Made by a program: the position numbers and the translations under genes
In this document: positions 9,927-18,341 of the stretch, in pieces
How the letters are laid out: the number at the start of each line of letters is the position of its first letter
Numbering within the stretch: the stretch's first letter is position 1
Assembly (NCBI GenBank): GCA_017645275.1
Contig: JAGCPH010000037.1
Coordinates: forward strand, 29,783-93,782
DNA: 64,000 bases
Reading direction: 5' to 3'
DNA from: Bacteroidales bacterium
GTDB lineage: Bacteria; Bacteroidota; Bacteroidia; Bacteroidales; F082
The notes under the pieces: generated by a model
What the model was told of the DNA's origin: nothing
Database searches by the model: none
Seen by the model: only the letters and a program-made list of their open reading frames with translations

Positions 9927-9990
9927 CACTTTAAACTTAAAACTCTAAACTTTAAAACTGCCTCTAAACTCTACACTTTCAACTCTCAAC
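9927..9990. repeat. family D G-free heptad-like tract
   Basis: cactttaaacttaaaactctaaactttaaaactgcctctaaactctacactttcaactctcaactt. Overlaps the last codons and stop of the nifU-like gene. Confidence 0.8.
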
Positions 9991-10221
9991 TTTCTCCACA
10001 GCCTTAATCTCCGGAATCACGCTTTTCATCGTGTTCTCGATGCCGTTTTTCAGCGTCTGCGTGCTGTGCGGACAGTTGGCGCAATGTCCTGTGAGCTTCA
10101 CCCACACCGTCATGTCGTCGTCGAGGCGCACAAACTCCACGCCGCCGCCGTCAGCCTTCAAGTAAGGCTCGATTTGCGTCAGAATGTTTCTGACTTTCTT
10201 TTCTATAGCCGCTTTTTCCAT
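9979..10221 (-). CDS. NifU-like Fe-S cluster scaffold domain protein
   Basis: MEKAAIEKKVRNILTQIEPYLKADGGGVEFV...GHCANCPHS. Start set at the internal M. Confidence 0.8.
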   Translation of the reverse strand: MEKAAIEKKVRNILTQIEPYLKADGGGVEFVRLDDDMTVWVKLTGHCANCPHSTQTLKNGIENTMKSVIPEIKAVEKVES

Positions 10222-10222
10222 C

Positions 10223-11245
10223 TTAAACCAATTCAATAACTCTATGTGCCACTTTCTCAAATGCTGCTGTCACCGGACCGAAGTTGCCGAAGGTGTAAGG
10301 CGTTCCCTTGTCACCTGCGCTGGCGATGTTCTCGTCGATCGGGATGGCTCCGAGGAACGGTATTCCGAGCTCTTCAGCGAACTGTTTTCCATGGCCTTCG
10401 CCAAAAATGTAATATTTCTTCTCTGGCATGTCACTTGGCGTGAAATATGCCATATTCTCCACCAGGCCCAGTATCGGGACACTCACGCCCTTGTGTTTGA
10501 ACATGTTAGCGGCACGACGCACATCGGCGAATGCCACCTTCTGTGGTGTCGTCACTATGACTGAGCCCGAGACCTTGAAGTTCTGAGCCAGGCAAAGCTG
10601 TATGTCGCCTGTTCCCGGAGGCATGTCGACCACCAAAAAGTCGATCTCACCCCAGTCGGTCTCGGTCATGAGCTGTGTGAGAGCGCTTGTCGCCATAGGT
10701 CCGCGCCAGATGAGAGGCGTGCTCGGGTCGACCATCATGCCGATACTCATCAGCTTGATGCCGTATTTCTCAAGCGGCACCATGTATGTCTTGCCGTCCT
10801 TGTCGTAGCACTGCGGCTGCTCTCCCTCGATACCGAACATTATCGGCACCGACGGACCGTAGATGTCAGCGTCAAGCAAACCGACCTTAAAGCCTTGTGT
10901 GGCAAGGGCTACCGCAAGGTTCACCGACACTGTCGACTTGCCCACGCCGCCTTTTCCTGATGCCACCGCGATGATATGTTTCACCTTCGAAAGCATCGTG
11001 ACAGGCTCCGTCGGGATGATGTCGACATCGATGTCACCAAAATTATCGTTCAAAATCTTCTTTGCCGACTCAAACAAAAACTGATTTTTCTCGTCGTCCA
11101 CGTCATCCAAAACGAGCTTGAAGCGAACGAGGTTCTCCCCCACTTCCAAATCCTTAATCATTTGAGCATCAACGATGTTGCTTCCTTTCGGGAAATAAAC
11201 AACGTCTTTTAAAACTTCCAAAACCTTCTGTTTCGACGGTATCAT
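10223..11245 (-). CDS. apbC: Mrp/NBP35 (ApbC) family Fe-S cluster carrier ATPase
   Basis: P-loop VASGKGGVGKSTVSVNLA, then VVDMPPGTGD. Confidence 0.9.
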   Translation of the reverse strand: MIPSKQKVLEVLKDVVYFPKGSNIVDAQMIKDLEVGENLVRFKLVLDDVDDEKNQFLFESAKKILNDNFGDIDVDIIPTEPVTMLSKVKHIIAVASGKGGVGKSTVSVNLAVALATQGFKVGLLDADIYGPSVPIMFGIEGEQPQCYDKDGKTYMVPLEKYGIKLMSIGMMVDPSTPLIWRGPMATSALTQLMTETDWGEIDFLVVDMPPGTGDIQLCLAQNFKVSGSVIVTTPQKVAFADVRRAANMFKHKGVSVPILGLVENMAYFTPSDMPEKKYYIFGEGHGKQFAEELGIPFLGAIPIDENIASAGDKGTPYTFGNFGPVTAAFEKVAHRVIELV

Positions 11246-11274
11246 TCTAAAATTTTTTAATCTAAATAAGACTA

Positions 11275-11282
11275 CAAAGATA
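11275..11282 (-). promoter_or_regulatory. -7 box TAtcTTTG (minus strand)
   Basis: Forward caaagata, 30 nt upstream of the ATG at 11245. Confidence 0.5.
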
Positions 11283-11290
11283 CAACTTTT

Positions 11291-12076
11291 TTAAACACGC
11301 AGCAAAAACTTTTCAGTTTCTCGCATAAATCCTTCAGGGTCATCCACATGAATCCAATGCCCCGACTCTGAAAGCGTAACAAGCTGATAATCAGCAAATT
11401 GTTTCTCTATTTGTTCAACATCCTTATCCACTATATAATCCGACTTACCGCCTCTGATAAATAGCGTTGGACCCTCGTAAACGCCTTTGTTTTCAAGGCC
11501 TTTGCTTATCTCCTCAATGTTTTTGTAAATAGATTTCAGATACGGCTTCCACCTGAATCCATGTTCGTGGCTAAATGACAGGTTTTTCAGCAAAAACAGC
11601 ACAATACGTTTTTCAAAATGATATTTCTCGAGCTGTTCCTCCACGTCGCTGCGTCTTTTCACATGTTTCAAATCGACGTTGCCCATCGCAACAAGGAACT
11701 CCAGATGCTGCAGCGGATGGTCGAATTTCCTTGGACTGATATCCAGAACCTCCAGTCGCTCAACGAGTTGCGGGTTCTCAAATGCCAGCATCATGGCAAT
11801 CTTGCCGCCCATGCTGTGACCAACGACGTAACATCTCGTAATATGTTCATAATCAAGCACTTTCTTCACATCACGAGCCATCACCTTGTAGTTAAACGTC
11901 TCATAATGCGGCGACTGTCCGTGGTTGCGCATGTCGGGCACAATCACGTAAAAACCCAGCTCCGCAAAGCGTTTGCCGAAGTTATCCCAGTTGTCGGAAA
12001 GGCCAAGCACGCCGTGCAGCACCACTATCGGCTTATTCTTCGGGTCACCATATTTTCTGTAAAATAACATATTCAT
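11291..12076 (-). CDS. alpha/beta hydrolase
   Basis: HG oxyanion motif VVLHGVLG and nucleophile elbow GHSMGG. The longer ORF N-terminus is translated family-C repeat, so the start is set at MNMLFY. Confidence 0.8.
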   Translation of the reverse strand: MNMLFYRKYGDPKNKPIVVLHGVLGLSDNWDNFGKRFAELGFYVIVPDMRNHGQSPHYETFNYKVMARDVKKVLDYEHITRCYVVGHSMGGKIAMMLAFENPQLVERLEVLDISPRKFDHPLQHLEFLVAMGNVDLKHVKRRSDVEEQLEKYHFEKRIVLFLLKNLSFSHEHGFRWKPYLKSIYKNIEEISKGLENKGVYEGPTLFIRGGKSDYIVDKDVEQIEKQFADYQLVTLSESGHWIHVDDPEGFMRETEKFLLRV

Positions 12077-12085
12077 TCTTCTTTT

Positions 12086-12114
12086 CTCACAGATTTCACT
12101 GATTTTCACAGATT
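12086..12114. repeat. family C CACAGAT repeat
   Basis: ctcacagatttcactgattttcacagatt. Confidence 0.7.
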
Positions 12115-12202
12115 ATTCTTCCACATTTATTTATTGCTAAAGCAATTTGATTTCACAGAAATCTGTGTTATCCGTTCGCTTGCGAACTAAATCGTGTTCG
12201 TC

Positions 12203-12236
12203 AAAAATCTGTGTTTATCTGTGTAATCTGTGAGAG
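12203..12236 (-). repeat. family C CACAGAT repeat (inverted copy of 38374-38407)
   Basis: aaaaatctgtgtttatctgtgtaatctgtgagag is the reverse complement of ctctcacagattacacagataaacacagattttt. Confidence 0.75.
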
Positions 12237-12237
12237 A

Positions 12238-12684
12238 TTAATCTTTTGTATCTATTAAAATCGTCACCGGACCGTCATTGATGAGCTCGACTTGCATGTC
12301 GGCGCCGAATTCACCAGATTCGACTTTGCGCCCAGATACTTCAGCTAACCTCTTGAGAAACAATTCATAAAGCGGTATCGCATGTTCCGGCCGTGCCGCC
12401 TTGATGAAGCTCGGACGGTTGCCTTTTTTCGTCATCGCGTGAAGCGTAAACTGGCTAACCACCAGAAAATCGCCCCCGATCTGGTTGATGTCGAGGTTCA
12501 TTGCGTTGTTCTCGTCGGCAAAGACACGCAGCTTCGTCAGCTTCTGGCAGAGATATTCCACATCTTCTTGATTATCAGCCTCTTCGATGCCAAGAAGCAC
12601 CATAAAACCCTTCTCTATCGCCGACTTCAGCACGCCGCCGATGGTCACCGAAGCCAGACTCACACGTTGTATTACAACCCTCAT
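12238..12684 (-). CDS. dtd: D-aminoacyl-tRNA deacylase
   Basis: MRVVIQRVSLASVTIGG...SQFTL...GNRPSF. Confidence 0.9.
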   Translation of the reverse strand: MRVVIQRVSLASVTIGGVLKSAIEKGFMVLLGIEEADNQEDVEYLCQKLTKLRVFADENNAMNLDINQIGGDFLVVSQFTLHAMTKKGNRPSFIKAARPEHAIPLYELFLKRLAEVSGRKVESGEFGADMQVELINDGPVTILIDTKD

Positions 12685-12707
12685 AATTATTTGTTATATA
12701 TCGTGTT

Positions 12708-12735
12708 GTAAAGACGTGCCATGGCGCGTCTCTAC
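12708..12735. repeat. family E palindrome gtaaagacgtgccatggcgcgtctctac
   Basis: Imperfect inverted repeat. Relatives at 27073-27100, 29658-29685 and 56332-56364. Confidence 0.7.
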
Positions 12736-12810
12736 GGTCTGCAAATGTATGTAATTATTTTCAATAAAAGGGCACTTTGCATTAAAAATTTATGTATTTT
12801 TGCAATCACT

Positions 12811-13152
12811 ATGGAAACAAAAAGACAACAGAAAATCTCGAAGCTGATTCAGAAAGAACTCAGCGAAATATTCCAGAGGGAGATAAAAACCCAAGGAAAC
12901 ATAATGATTACGGTGACTAAGGTCAACGTCACCAGCGATATGTCGTATGCCCGCGTCTACCTCAGCGTGTTCGGTCCTGACAAAGAGACGAAGACCGCTG
13001 TAGTGAAAGAGGTTAACGCCATGAGCAAAAGCATCCGCGGCAAACTCGGCGACCGCATCAAATTGCAGGTAAGAGTGATTCCTGAGTTGCAGTTTTTCGA
13101 GGACGACTCGCTCGATTATATTGAAAACATTGACAATCTGCTCAAATCTTGA
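12811..13152 (+). CDS. rbfA: ribosome-binding factor A
   Basis: METKRQQKISKLIQKELSEIF...VRVIPELQF. A -7 box tatttttg lies at 12795-12802. Confidence 0.85.
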   Translation: METKRQQKISKLIQKELSEIFQREIKTQGNIMITVTKVNVTSDMSYARVYLSVFGPDKETKTAVVKEVNAMSKSIRGKLGDRIKLQVRVIPELQFFEDDSLDYIENIDNLLKS

Positions 13153-14369
13153 AGCTGCCGTTATTCATAGCGCAACGTTATCTTCTTGCGAAGAAAAGCC
13201 ACAACCTCATCAATATCGTGACATGGATATCCATCGTCAGCGTGGCGGTGGCGGCGTTCGCCATGATTTTCGTGCTCTCCATCTTCAACGGCTTCAACGT
13301 CGTCATCAGCGACAACATCCATAAGATGTCGGCCGATTTGCAGATTACTTCCGTCAGTGGTAAAACGGTGAATATCAACGACTTCCCTTTTGAAAAAATC
13401 AGAGCGATAAAAAATGTGGAGCTCGTTTTGCCGACCATCACTGAGGATGCGCTGTTCCGCAACCAGGACAAGCAGCAAATCGGGCAGATTAAAGGCGTTC
13501 CGAAGGAGTTTTATTCCGTTGAGCGAATCAACAATTCCATAATAAAATCAGGAGGTTTCGGCACCAACGCCGATGTCGCTTTCGCAATTCCAGGCATCGG
13601 GATGGCGTATTATCTGGGCATCAACCCCAACAGCCCGTTTGCTATGGTGCAGGTGTATGTGCCACGTCGAGGCAACGCCTCATCTTTCAACCTCGAAAAC
13701 AGCTTCAACACAGGCCAACTCGTTGTAAATGAGACGTTTTCGACCCTTCAGGACATCGACGAGACGACCATCCTGGCTCCTTACGAATGGCTGTCGGAAC
13801 TCATTGGTTATGAAGGACTTGCATCGGATGTAGAGGTATTCATTCAACAGAACCCTCGTAACATCAATCGTGTCAAGAAACAAATCAAAAATATCCTCGG
13901 GCCCGAATACAATGTTTTGGACCAATACGAGCAGCAGTCGACGCTCTACAAGATGATGAAATCGGAGAAACTCGCTGTGTATCTGATACTTGTGTTCATC
14001 TTAGTGATGGCCACGTTCAACGTCATTGGCTCGCTGTCGATGCTCATCATCGAGAAGCGGAAGGACACCTCCACCATACGTGCTATGGGAGGCGATAACT
14101 CATTGATTCGCAGCATCTTCACCAACGAAGGGATGATAATCTCGGTTGTCGGCGGCATCATCGGTTTGATTCTCGGCATCATCGCGGTGCTGTTGCAGCA
14201 GTATGTCGGCATCATCCGTCTCGGCGACGGCACCGGCAGCTATATCGTTGAGTATTATCCTGTTGCACTCCAGCTAAAAGACGTTCTCATCGTCCTCGCC
14301 ACCATCACCATCATCGGTGGCATCGCAGCCTTCAGCACAGTGAAAGTTTCGATGAAGCGGCTGCATTAA
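13149..14369 (+). CDS. FtsX-like ABC transporter permease (LolE-like)
   Basis: MKLPLFIAQRYLLAKKSHN, 4 TM segments, MacB-like periplasmic domain, C-terminal FtsX region. Confidence 0.8.
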   Translation: MKLPLFIAQRYLLAKKSHNLINIVTWISIVSVAVAAFAMIFVLSIFNGFNVVISDNIHKMSADLQITSVSGKTVNINDFPFEKIRAIKNVELVLPTITEDALFRNQDKQQIGQIKGVPKEFYSVERINNSIIKSGGFGTNADVAFAIPGIGMAYYLGINPNSPFAMVQVYVPRRGNASSFNLENSFNTGQLVVNETFSTLQDIDETTILAPYEWLSELIGYEGLASDVEVFIQQNPRNINRVKKQIKNILGPEYNVLDQYEQQSTLYKMMKSEKLAVYLILVFILVMATFNVIGSLSMLIIEKRKDTSTIRAMGGDNSLIRSIFTNEGMIISVVGGIIGLILGIIAVLLQQYVGIIRLGDGTGSYIVEYYPVALQLKDVLIVLATITIIGGIAAFSTVKVSMKRLH

Positions 14370-14395
14370 GGCCGCCGCCAAGGGTGGTTAAGGTC
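14363..14395. repeat. family B element (GCATTAAGGC / CCTTAATGGC type)
   Basis: gcattaaggccgccgccaagggtggttaaggtc. Contains the stop codon of the upstream permease gene. Confidence 0.7.
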
Positions 14396-14404
14396 AACAG
14401 CATT

Positions 14405-14674
14405 TTACAATTGCTCAAAATCAGCAAACAAATCGTTGTAATAAAGGTTTTGTGGATTGAATACCAAATCCCACGATTCTCCCCAAACAACGTTACCGTT
14501 CTGGATTTTAAACTCTTTGAAACGAGTCACATCGTGATACTCATCGTAAACTGGATTCGGTTTTTTAATAAAATATGGCTCAAAGTCAACCAAAACACAA
14601 TGGCTATCCTCGAAGACTATTCTGATTTTATAATCTCCGACATATTGTGCATCAACGACTTTGTATTTGTTCAT
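14405..14674 (-). CDS. DUF2442 family protein
   Basis: MNKYKVVDAQYVGDYKIRIVFEDS. Start chosen directly after the stop of the upstream gene. Confidence 0.6.
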   Translation of the reverse strand: MNKYKVVDAQYVGDYKIRIVFEDSHCVLVDFEPYFIKKPNPVYDEYHDVTRFKEFKIQNGNVVWGESWDLVFNPQNLYYNDLFADFEQL

Positions 14675-14973
14675 ATTTTTTTGTTTATCTCTTCGCAAAC
14701 AACTTTTTCTTTTAAGACAAAAACCTTATGCCATTTCATGGCGATTTCTACAGCGTATTTCTCTACAAAACGCACAGCTTCCTTATATTTTGCTAATGGA
14801 AGTGGCTCAAATCCCTTGGAATTGCGAGTCTCTATAGCTTTCAAAACTCCATTTTCAAAAATGATAATGAAAACCGTTTCGCAATCGTCATATTTTGCGT
14901 GAACGTGTAGCGGCTCGTGTTCGTTTGAATAGAATAAAAACACTATTCCAAGGTAATCATAAATCTTAGGCAT
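14671..14973 (-). CDS. DUF4160 family protein
   Basis: MPKIYDYLGIVFLFYSNEHEPLHVHAKY is the characteristic N-terminus. Confidence 0.7.
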   Translation of the reverse strand: MPKIYDYLGIVFLFYSNEHEPLHVHAKYDDCETVFIIIFENGVLKAIETRNSKGFEPLPLAKYKEAVRFVEKYAVEIAMKWHKVFVLKEKVVCEEINKKI

Positions 14974-14999
14974 AGCAATAAATTTTGAAAATTACATTG

Positions 15000-15007
15000 C
15001 AAAATTA
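15000..15007 (-). promoter_or_regulatory. -7 box TAatTTTG (minus strand)
   Basis: Forward caaaatta, 27 nt upstream of the ATG at 14973. T5-G-A7 tract at 15033-15045. Confidence 0.5.
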
Positions 15008-15055
15008 CAAATAATTTTCATAGCCGCAGCCGTTTTTGAAAAAAATTAGATTTTG

Positions 15056-15131
15056 AGATTCCTCGCTTCACTCCGTTTCGCTCGGAATGACAGGCTCAGG
15101 GTGGGAACAACCAAGCGGCGGCATTAAGGCA
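15056..15131. repeat. degenerate family A copy followed by a family B copy
   Basis: gattcctcgcttcactccgtttcgctcggaatgacagg, then cagggtgggaacaaccaagcggcggcattaaggcac. Confidence 0.65.
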
Positions 15132-15146
15132 CAAAAAAAATTTGAT

Positions 15147-15220
15147 GGTTCTGAACAATTCAAATGGCGGTGATTTCTCCATTCCGTTCCATTTCATTAC
15201 ACTTCAGTCGAAATGACGGG
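15147..15220 (+). repeat. family A REP-like element, long form
   Basis: ggttctgaacaattcaaatggcggtgatttctccattccgttccatttcattacacttcagtcgaaatgacggg. Overlaps the last five codons and stop of rsmA. Confidence 0.75.
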
Positions 15221-16019
15221 TCAACTCCACGAACTCTGCTACAGAAAGCTGCTCCGGACGCTTGTTAAATATCTCATAATCAATAATTTCGGCCGGGATG
15301 AGCGAGCGTAAGGAGTTGCGTAAGGTCTTGCGGCGCTGGTTGAAGGCCTGTTTCACGACGGTCACAAACATCTTCTCATCGCATCCTAACTCCTTGACAT
15401 TGTTACGTTTAAGACGAATAACCGCCGACTTCACCTTTGGTGGCGGGTTGAACACATTCTCATGCACCGTGAACAGGTATTCGATGTCGTACCAAGCCTG
15501 CAGAAGCACGCTCAAGATGCCATAGGTCTTGCTGCCTGGACCAGCCGCGATGCGCTCCGCCACCTCCTTCTGGATCATACCGACGCACTCCGAGACGTTG
15601 TTGCGGTACTTTAGAATCTGGAAAAAGATTTGGGAGCTGATGTTGTATGGGAAGTTGCCGATGACGGCAATGTCAATAGTCGGTGATTTCTCGACTTCAC
15701 TTCGTTCCGCTCGAAATGACGTTAAATCCTGCTTAAGGAAATCACCAAGCGTTAAGTGTCCCTCAAGCATCGGGAACTTGTTCTTCAGAAACTCCACCGA
15801 CTCGGTATCGATCTCCACCACTTGCAGCTTATCAAGCTGATCCTCAATAAGATACTGCGTCAACACTCCCATACCTGCTCCGACTTCGATAACCAAGTCA
15901 TGGTCGGTGCCCAAGGCATTCACGATGTTTCTCGCGATGTTCAAATCGACCAGAAAATGCTGTCCTAGAGCCTTCTTCGGCCTCACCAAACCGTTATTTG
16001 TGTAGTCTTTCATAATCAT
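15204..16019 (-). CDS. rsmA: 16S rRNA (adenine1518/1519-N6)-dimethyltransferase
   Basis: PKKALGQHFL, VIEVGAGMGVLT, GNFPYNISSQIFF. Carries an in-frame repeat-derived insert (see findings). Confidence 0.9.
   Translation of the reverse strand: MIMKDYTNNGLVRPKKALGQHFLVDLNIARNIVNALGTDHDLVIEVGAGMGVLTQYLIEDQLDKLQVVEIDTESVEFLKNKFPMLEGHLTLGDFLKQDLTSFRAERSEVEKSPTIDIAVIGNFPYNISSQIFFQILKYRNNVSECVGMIQKEVAERIAAGPGSKTYGILSVLLQAWYDIEYLFTVHENVFNPPPKVKSAVIRLKRNNVKELGCDEKMFVTVVKQAFNQRRKTLRNSLRSLIPAEIIDYEIFNKRPEQLSVAEFVELTRHFD
15681..15721 (+). repeat. family A REP-like element inside the rsmA coding sequence
   Basis: cggtgatttctcgacttcacttcgttccgctcgaaatgacg, translated on the minus strand as TSFRAERSEVEKSP. 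Confidence 0.8.
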
Positions 16020-17863
16020 TTGTTTAATTCGTCACGCAGTCGGCGGTAGTTTTTTCGGGCCTGCGCCACATAAACGCTGGCGGTGTAATAATCGAACAAT
16101 TTCGAATAGCACTCCATCGCCTCTTCTTTCATATTCAATTGATTCTCAAGCAGTAAAGCATCTTCAATCAATGCCTCGTCGGCGATGTAGCTGTCGGCAT
16201 AGCCCTCGTAAACACGTTTGTAAAGACTGTCGGCAAGCTCGTAATCGCCTTCATTCATTGCTATATTCGCCTTGCGGTAAAACGCGTTCGGCAGACTAAC
16301 CTCGTTGGGGTTATATGCCACCACCGAGTCAAGCATCTGATTAGCAAGCTCATAGCGATGCTGGTAGATGTAATAATCGGCTTTCGCGATACGTTGCAAG
16401 CCAATGGTGTCGTACTCCAGATTGTCGCTGATGGTCAACGAGAGCGTCATCGCGTCGTTGGCGACGAGTTTCGATGTCGCCGATTTCAGAATTCTCAATG
16501 ATGCGTTAGCCCAGTCGAATTCGCCAATAAAATAACGCAGTTGCGCGTTTTTGAACCTTGCCTCGTGCGCTATCGGCTCGTTTTTCATCGACTTCTCAAT
16601 CTGCGAATACAGCAAAGTAGCCTCCCACACCTCGTCGGTAAACAGATAGATATCGGCGAGTTTCATCTTCAATTCGGCTTTGTTTCGAGGCGATAGATTT
16701 ACTTCTAACGCATTGTTTAACAACGTTTTAGCCTCATCATACCTCCCAAGTTCGAAAGCCAGGATCTCAGCCTGAATCGTTATCAGCGATATGGTCTCTT
16801 TCGAATAACCCATTTCCGTGAAAGCATTGTCGATCCTGCCCGACAGTTTCTCGTAAAAACCCTTGTCGTGACTGCCATTTGCGACAGCTTGGGCATACTC
16901 TGCCGCAATCAAACCAATGGTTGCATCGACGTAGTAAACGCCTTCTTTATGCTTTTTTAAAATGTAATTATAAGCATCTATTGCAATATCGTATTGCTTG
17001 TTGTCGTAGGCTATCTGCGCTATGTTGACGATGTCGTTCTCGAAGTCGCCTTTGCCACGTTTGTCAAGGGCTTTGAGCAATGTCAGCGCCATCTCGTAAT
17101 CCTGTTGCTGCAGCGAATACCACATCAGCAGAGACGAATACTCCTCATTATCGGGCTCTTCCTGCGTTTTTCTTAGCAAAGCCATGCGAATCACATCGTT
17201 CACATTGCCGTTGAGGTCGTACATCATCATCACTCGCAGACGGCTTTTAACGGTCTCGTATTGTTCGGGATTTTCCTTCAAATAAAGCAGATAGCACTCG
17301 GTGGCGTTCTCAAAATCAAGCATCGAGTTGTAGGTATATGCTTTTTCGAGGTAGAAATTGTAATTGATATTTGGGTTTTTAGCAGCTTTATTGAATAATG
17401 ATATAGCAACATCATTAAAACTTCTGGCTCTCAACAAGTTAGCGACCTCATTTATTGAATTTTTGTTCTCTGGAACGTCTTTCAGCACCTTATTAAGATA
17501 CTTCGTGGCCTTGTCGTTTTCGCCTTGTTGCTGATACACGTACGCCAAATCGACATGCGACTTCCAGTTTTTCGGATTTTTCTTCAAAAACGCCTTATAA
17601 GCCTTCTCCGCCGCTTCGTAATCGCCCGTAAGTATCAGACAATCAGCGTATTGGTTAAAATAGCCAGTATTCCCGAAGTTGTCGTAAAGGCTTTTGTAGA
17701 TGTCGCGTGCCTTTTCGTAATCTTTTTTGAAATAAAACTCTCGAGCTAATCTCTCATCAAGCTGACGTTGGTTGTTAACATTCTGAGCCTCAATGTTTTG
17801 CAATGAAAACACCAAGCAAATGACAATCATTGCGAAAATACGGAAAATACGCGGCGACTTCAT
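16016..17863 (-). CDS. secreted tetratricopeptide-repeat protein
   Basis: 615 aa with a signal peptide. Repeated A/Y/L-rich 34-aa helical pattern throughout. Confidence 0.7.
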   Translation of the reverse strand: MKSPRIFRIFAMIVICLVFSLQNIEAQNVNNQRQLDERLAREFYFKKDYEKARDIYKSLYDNFGNTGYFNQYADCLILTGDYEAAEKAYKAFLKKNPKNWKSHVDLAYVYQQQGENDKATKYLNKVLKDVPENKNSINEVANLLRARSFNDVAISLFNKAAKNPNINYNFYLEKAYTYNSMLDFENATECYLLYLKENPEQYETVKSRLRVMMMYDLNGNVNDVIRMALLRKTQEEPDNEEYSSLLMWYSLQQQDYEMALTLLKALDKRGKGDFENDIVNIAQIAYDNKQYDIAIDAYNYILKKHKEGVYYVDATIGLIAAEYAQAVANGSHDKGFYEKLSGRIDNAFTEMGYSKETISLITIQAEILAFELGRYDEAKTLLNNALEVNLSPRNKAELKMKLADIYLFTDEVWEATLLYSQIEKSMKNEPIAHEARFKNAQLRYFIGEFDWANASLRILKSATSKLVANDAMTLSLTISDNLEYDTIGLQRIAKADYYIYQHRYELANQMLDSVVAYNPNEVSLPNAFYRKANIAMNEGDYELADSLYKRVYEGYADSYIADEALIEDALLLENQLNMKEEAMECYSKLFDYYTASVYVAQARKNYRRLRDELNK

Positions 17864-17867
17864 GACG

Positions 17868-18341
17868 TCACTCCTTCCTCAGTTGTTTCACGACTTCTTT
17901 CTGTGCGTCAAACCTTTCCTGAAAATACTTGACTTGAGCCTCCATCATATGAAGCTCTTTCTCTTCGTCTTGGATGTATTTCGACGTCGTTTCTTCATCA
18001 AAACGATTGTCGTTGATGTCGTCTCGCAGGTCGGAGAGCTGTTTTCTTGAAAACTTGGCGTTCTCAAGTATTACAACACGTTGAGTCTCAAACTGTTGCA
18101 GATATGCCTGCATTAGAATCATGGTATCGCCTAGGTCTCTGGTTCGTGCCACGGTGGTATCTATTGCCTGATACTCTTTGACGAGATAGCTAAAGTCTTG
18201 AGTATAAAGCACTTCCACCTGATTCTCCACCGCATCCACACGTCGGAGCATCTGGTCGATTTGTCCTGATGGTGACTTGTCTTTGCAAGCCACCATCAGG
18301 ACTAAACCACTGATTGTCAATATCTTACTTAATAATTTCAA
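17868..18341 (-). CDS. coiled-coil lipoprotein, unknown function
   Basis: Lipobox LVLMVAC followed by heptad-rich sequence. Confidence 0.6.
   Translation of the reverse strand: MKLLSKILTISGLVLMVACKDKSPSGQIDQMLRRVDAVENQVEVLYTQDFSYLVKEYQAIDTTVARTRDLGDTMILMQAYLQQFETQRVVILENAKFSRKQLSDLRDDINDNRFDEETTSKYIQDEEKELHMMEAQVKYFQERFDAQKEVVKQLRKE

Noticed and set aside
12077-12109. The ORF track proposes N-terminal extensions for several genes (12109, 8161, 27038, 32768, 12721, 61295, 7757, 10260, 7042).
   Set aside because: The extensions translate repeat elements or contain the gene's own -7 promoter box. Conserved family N-termini or signal peptides begin at internal Met codons.
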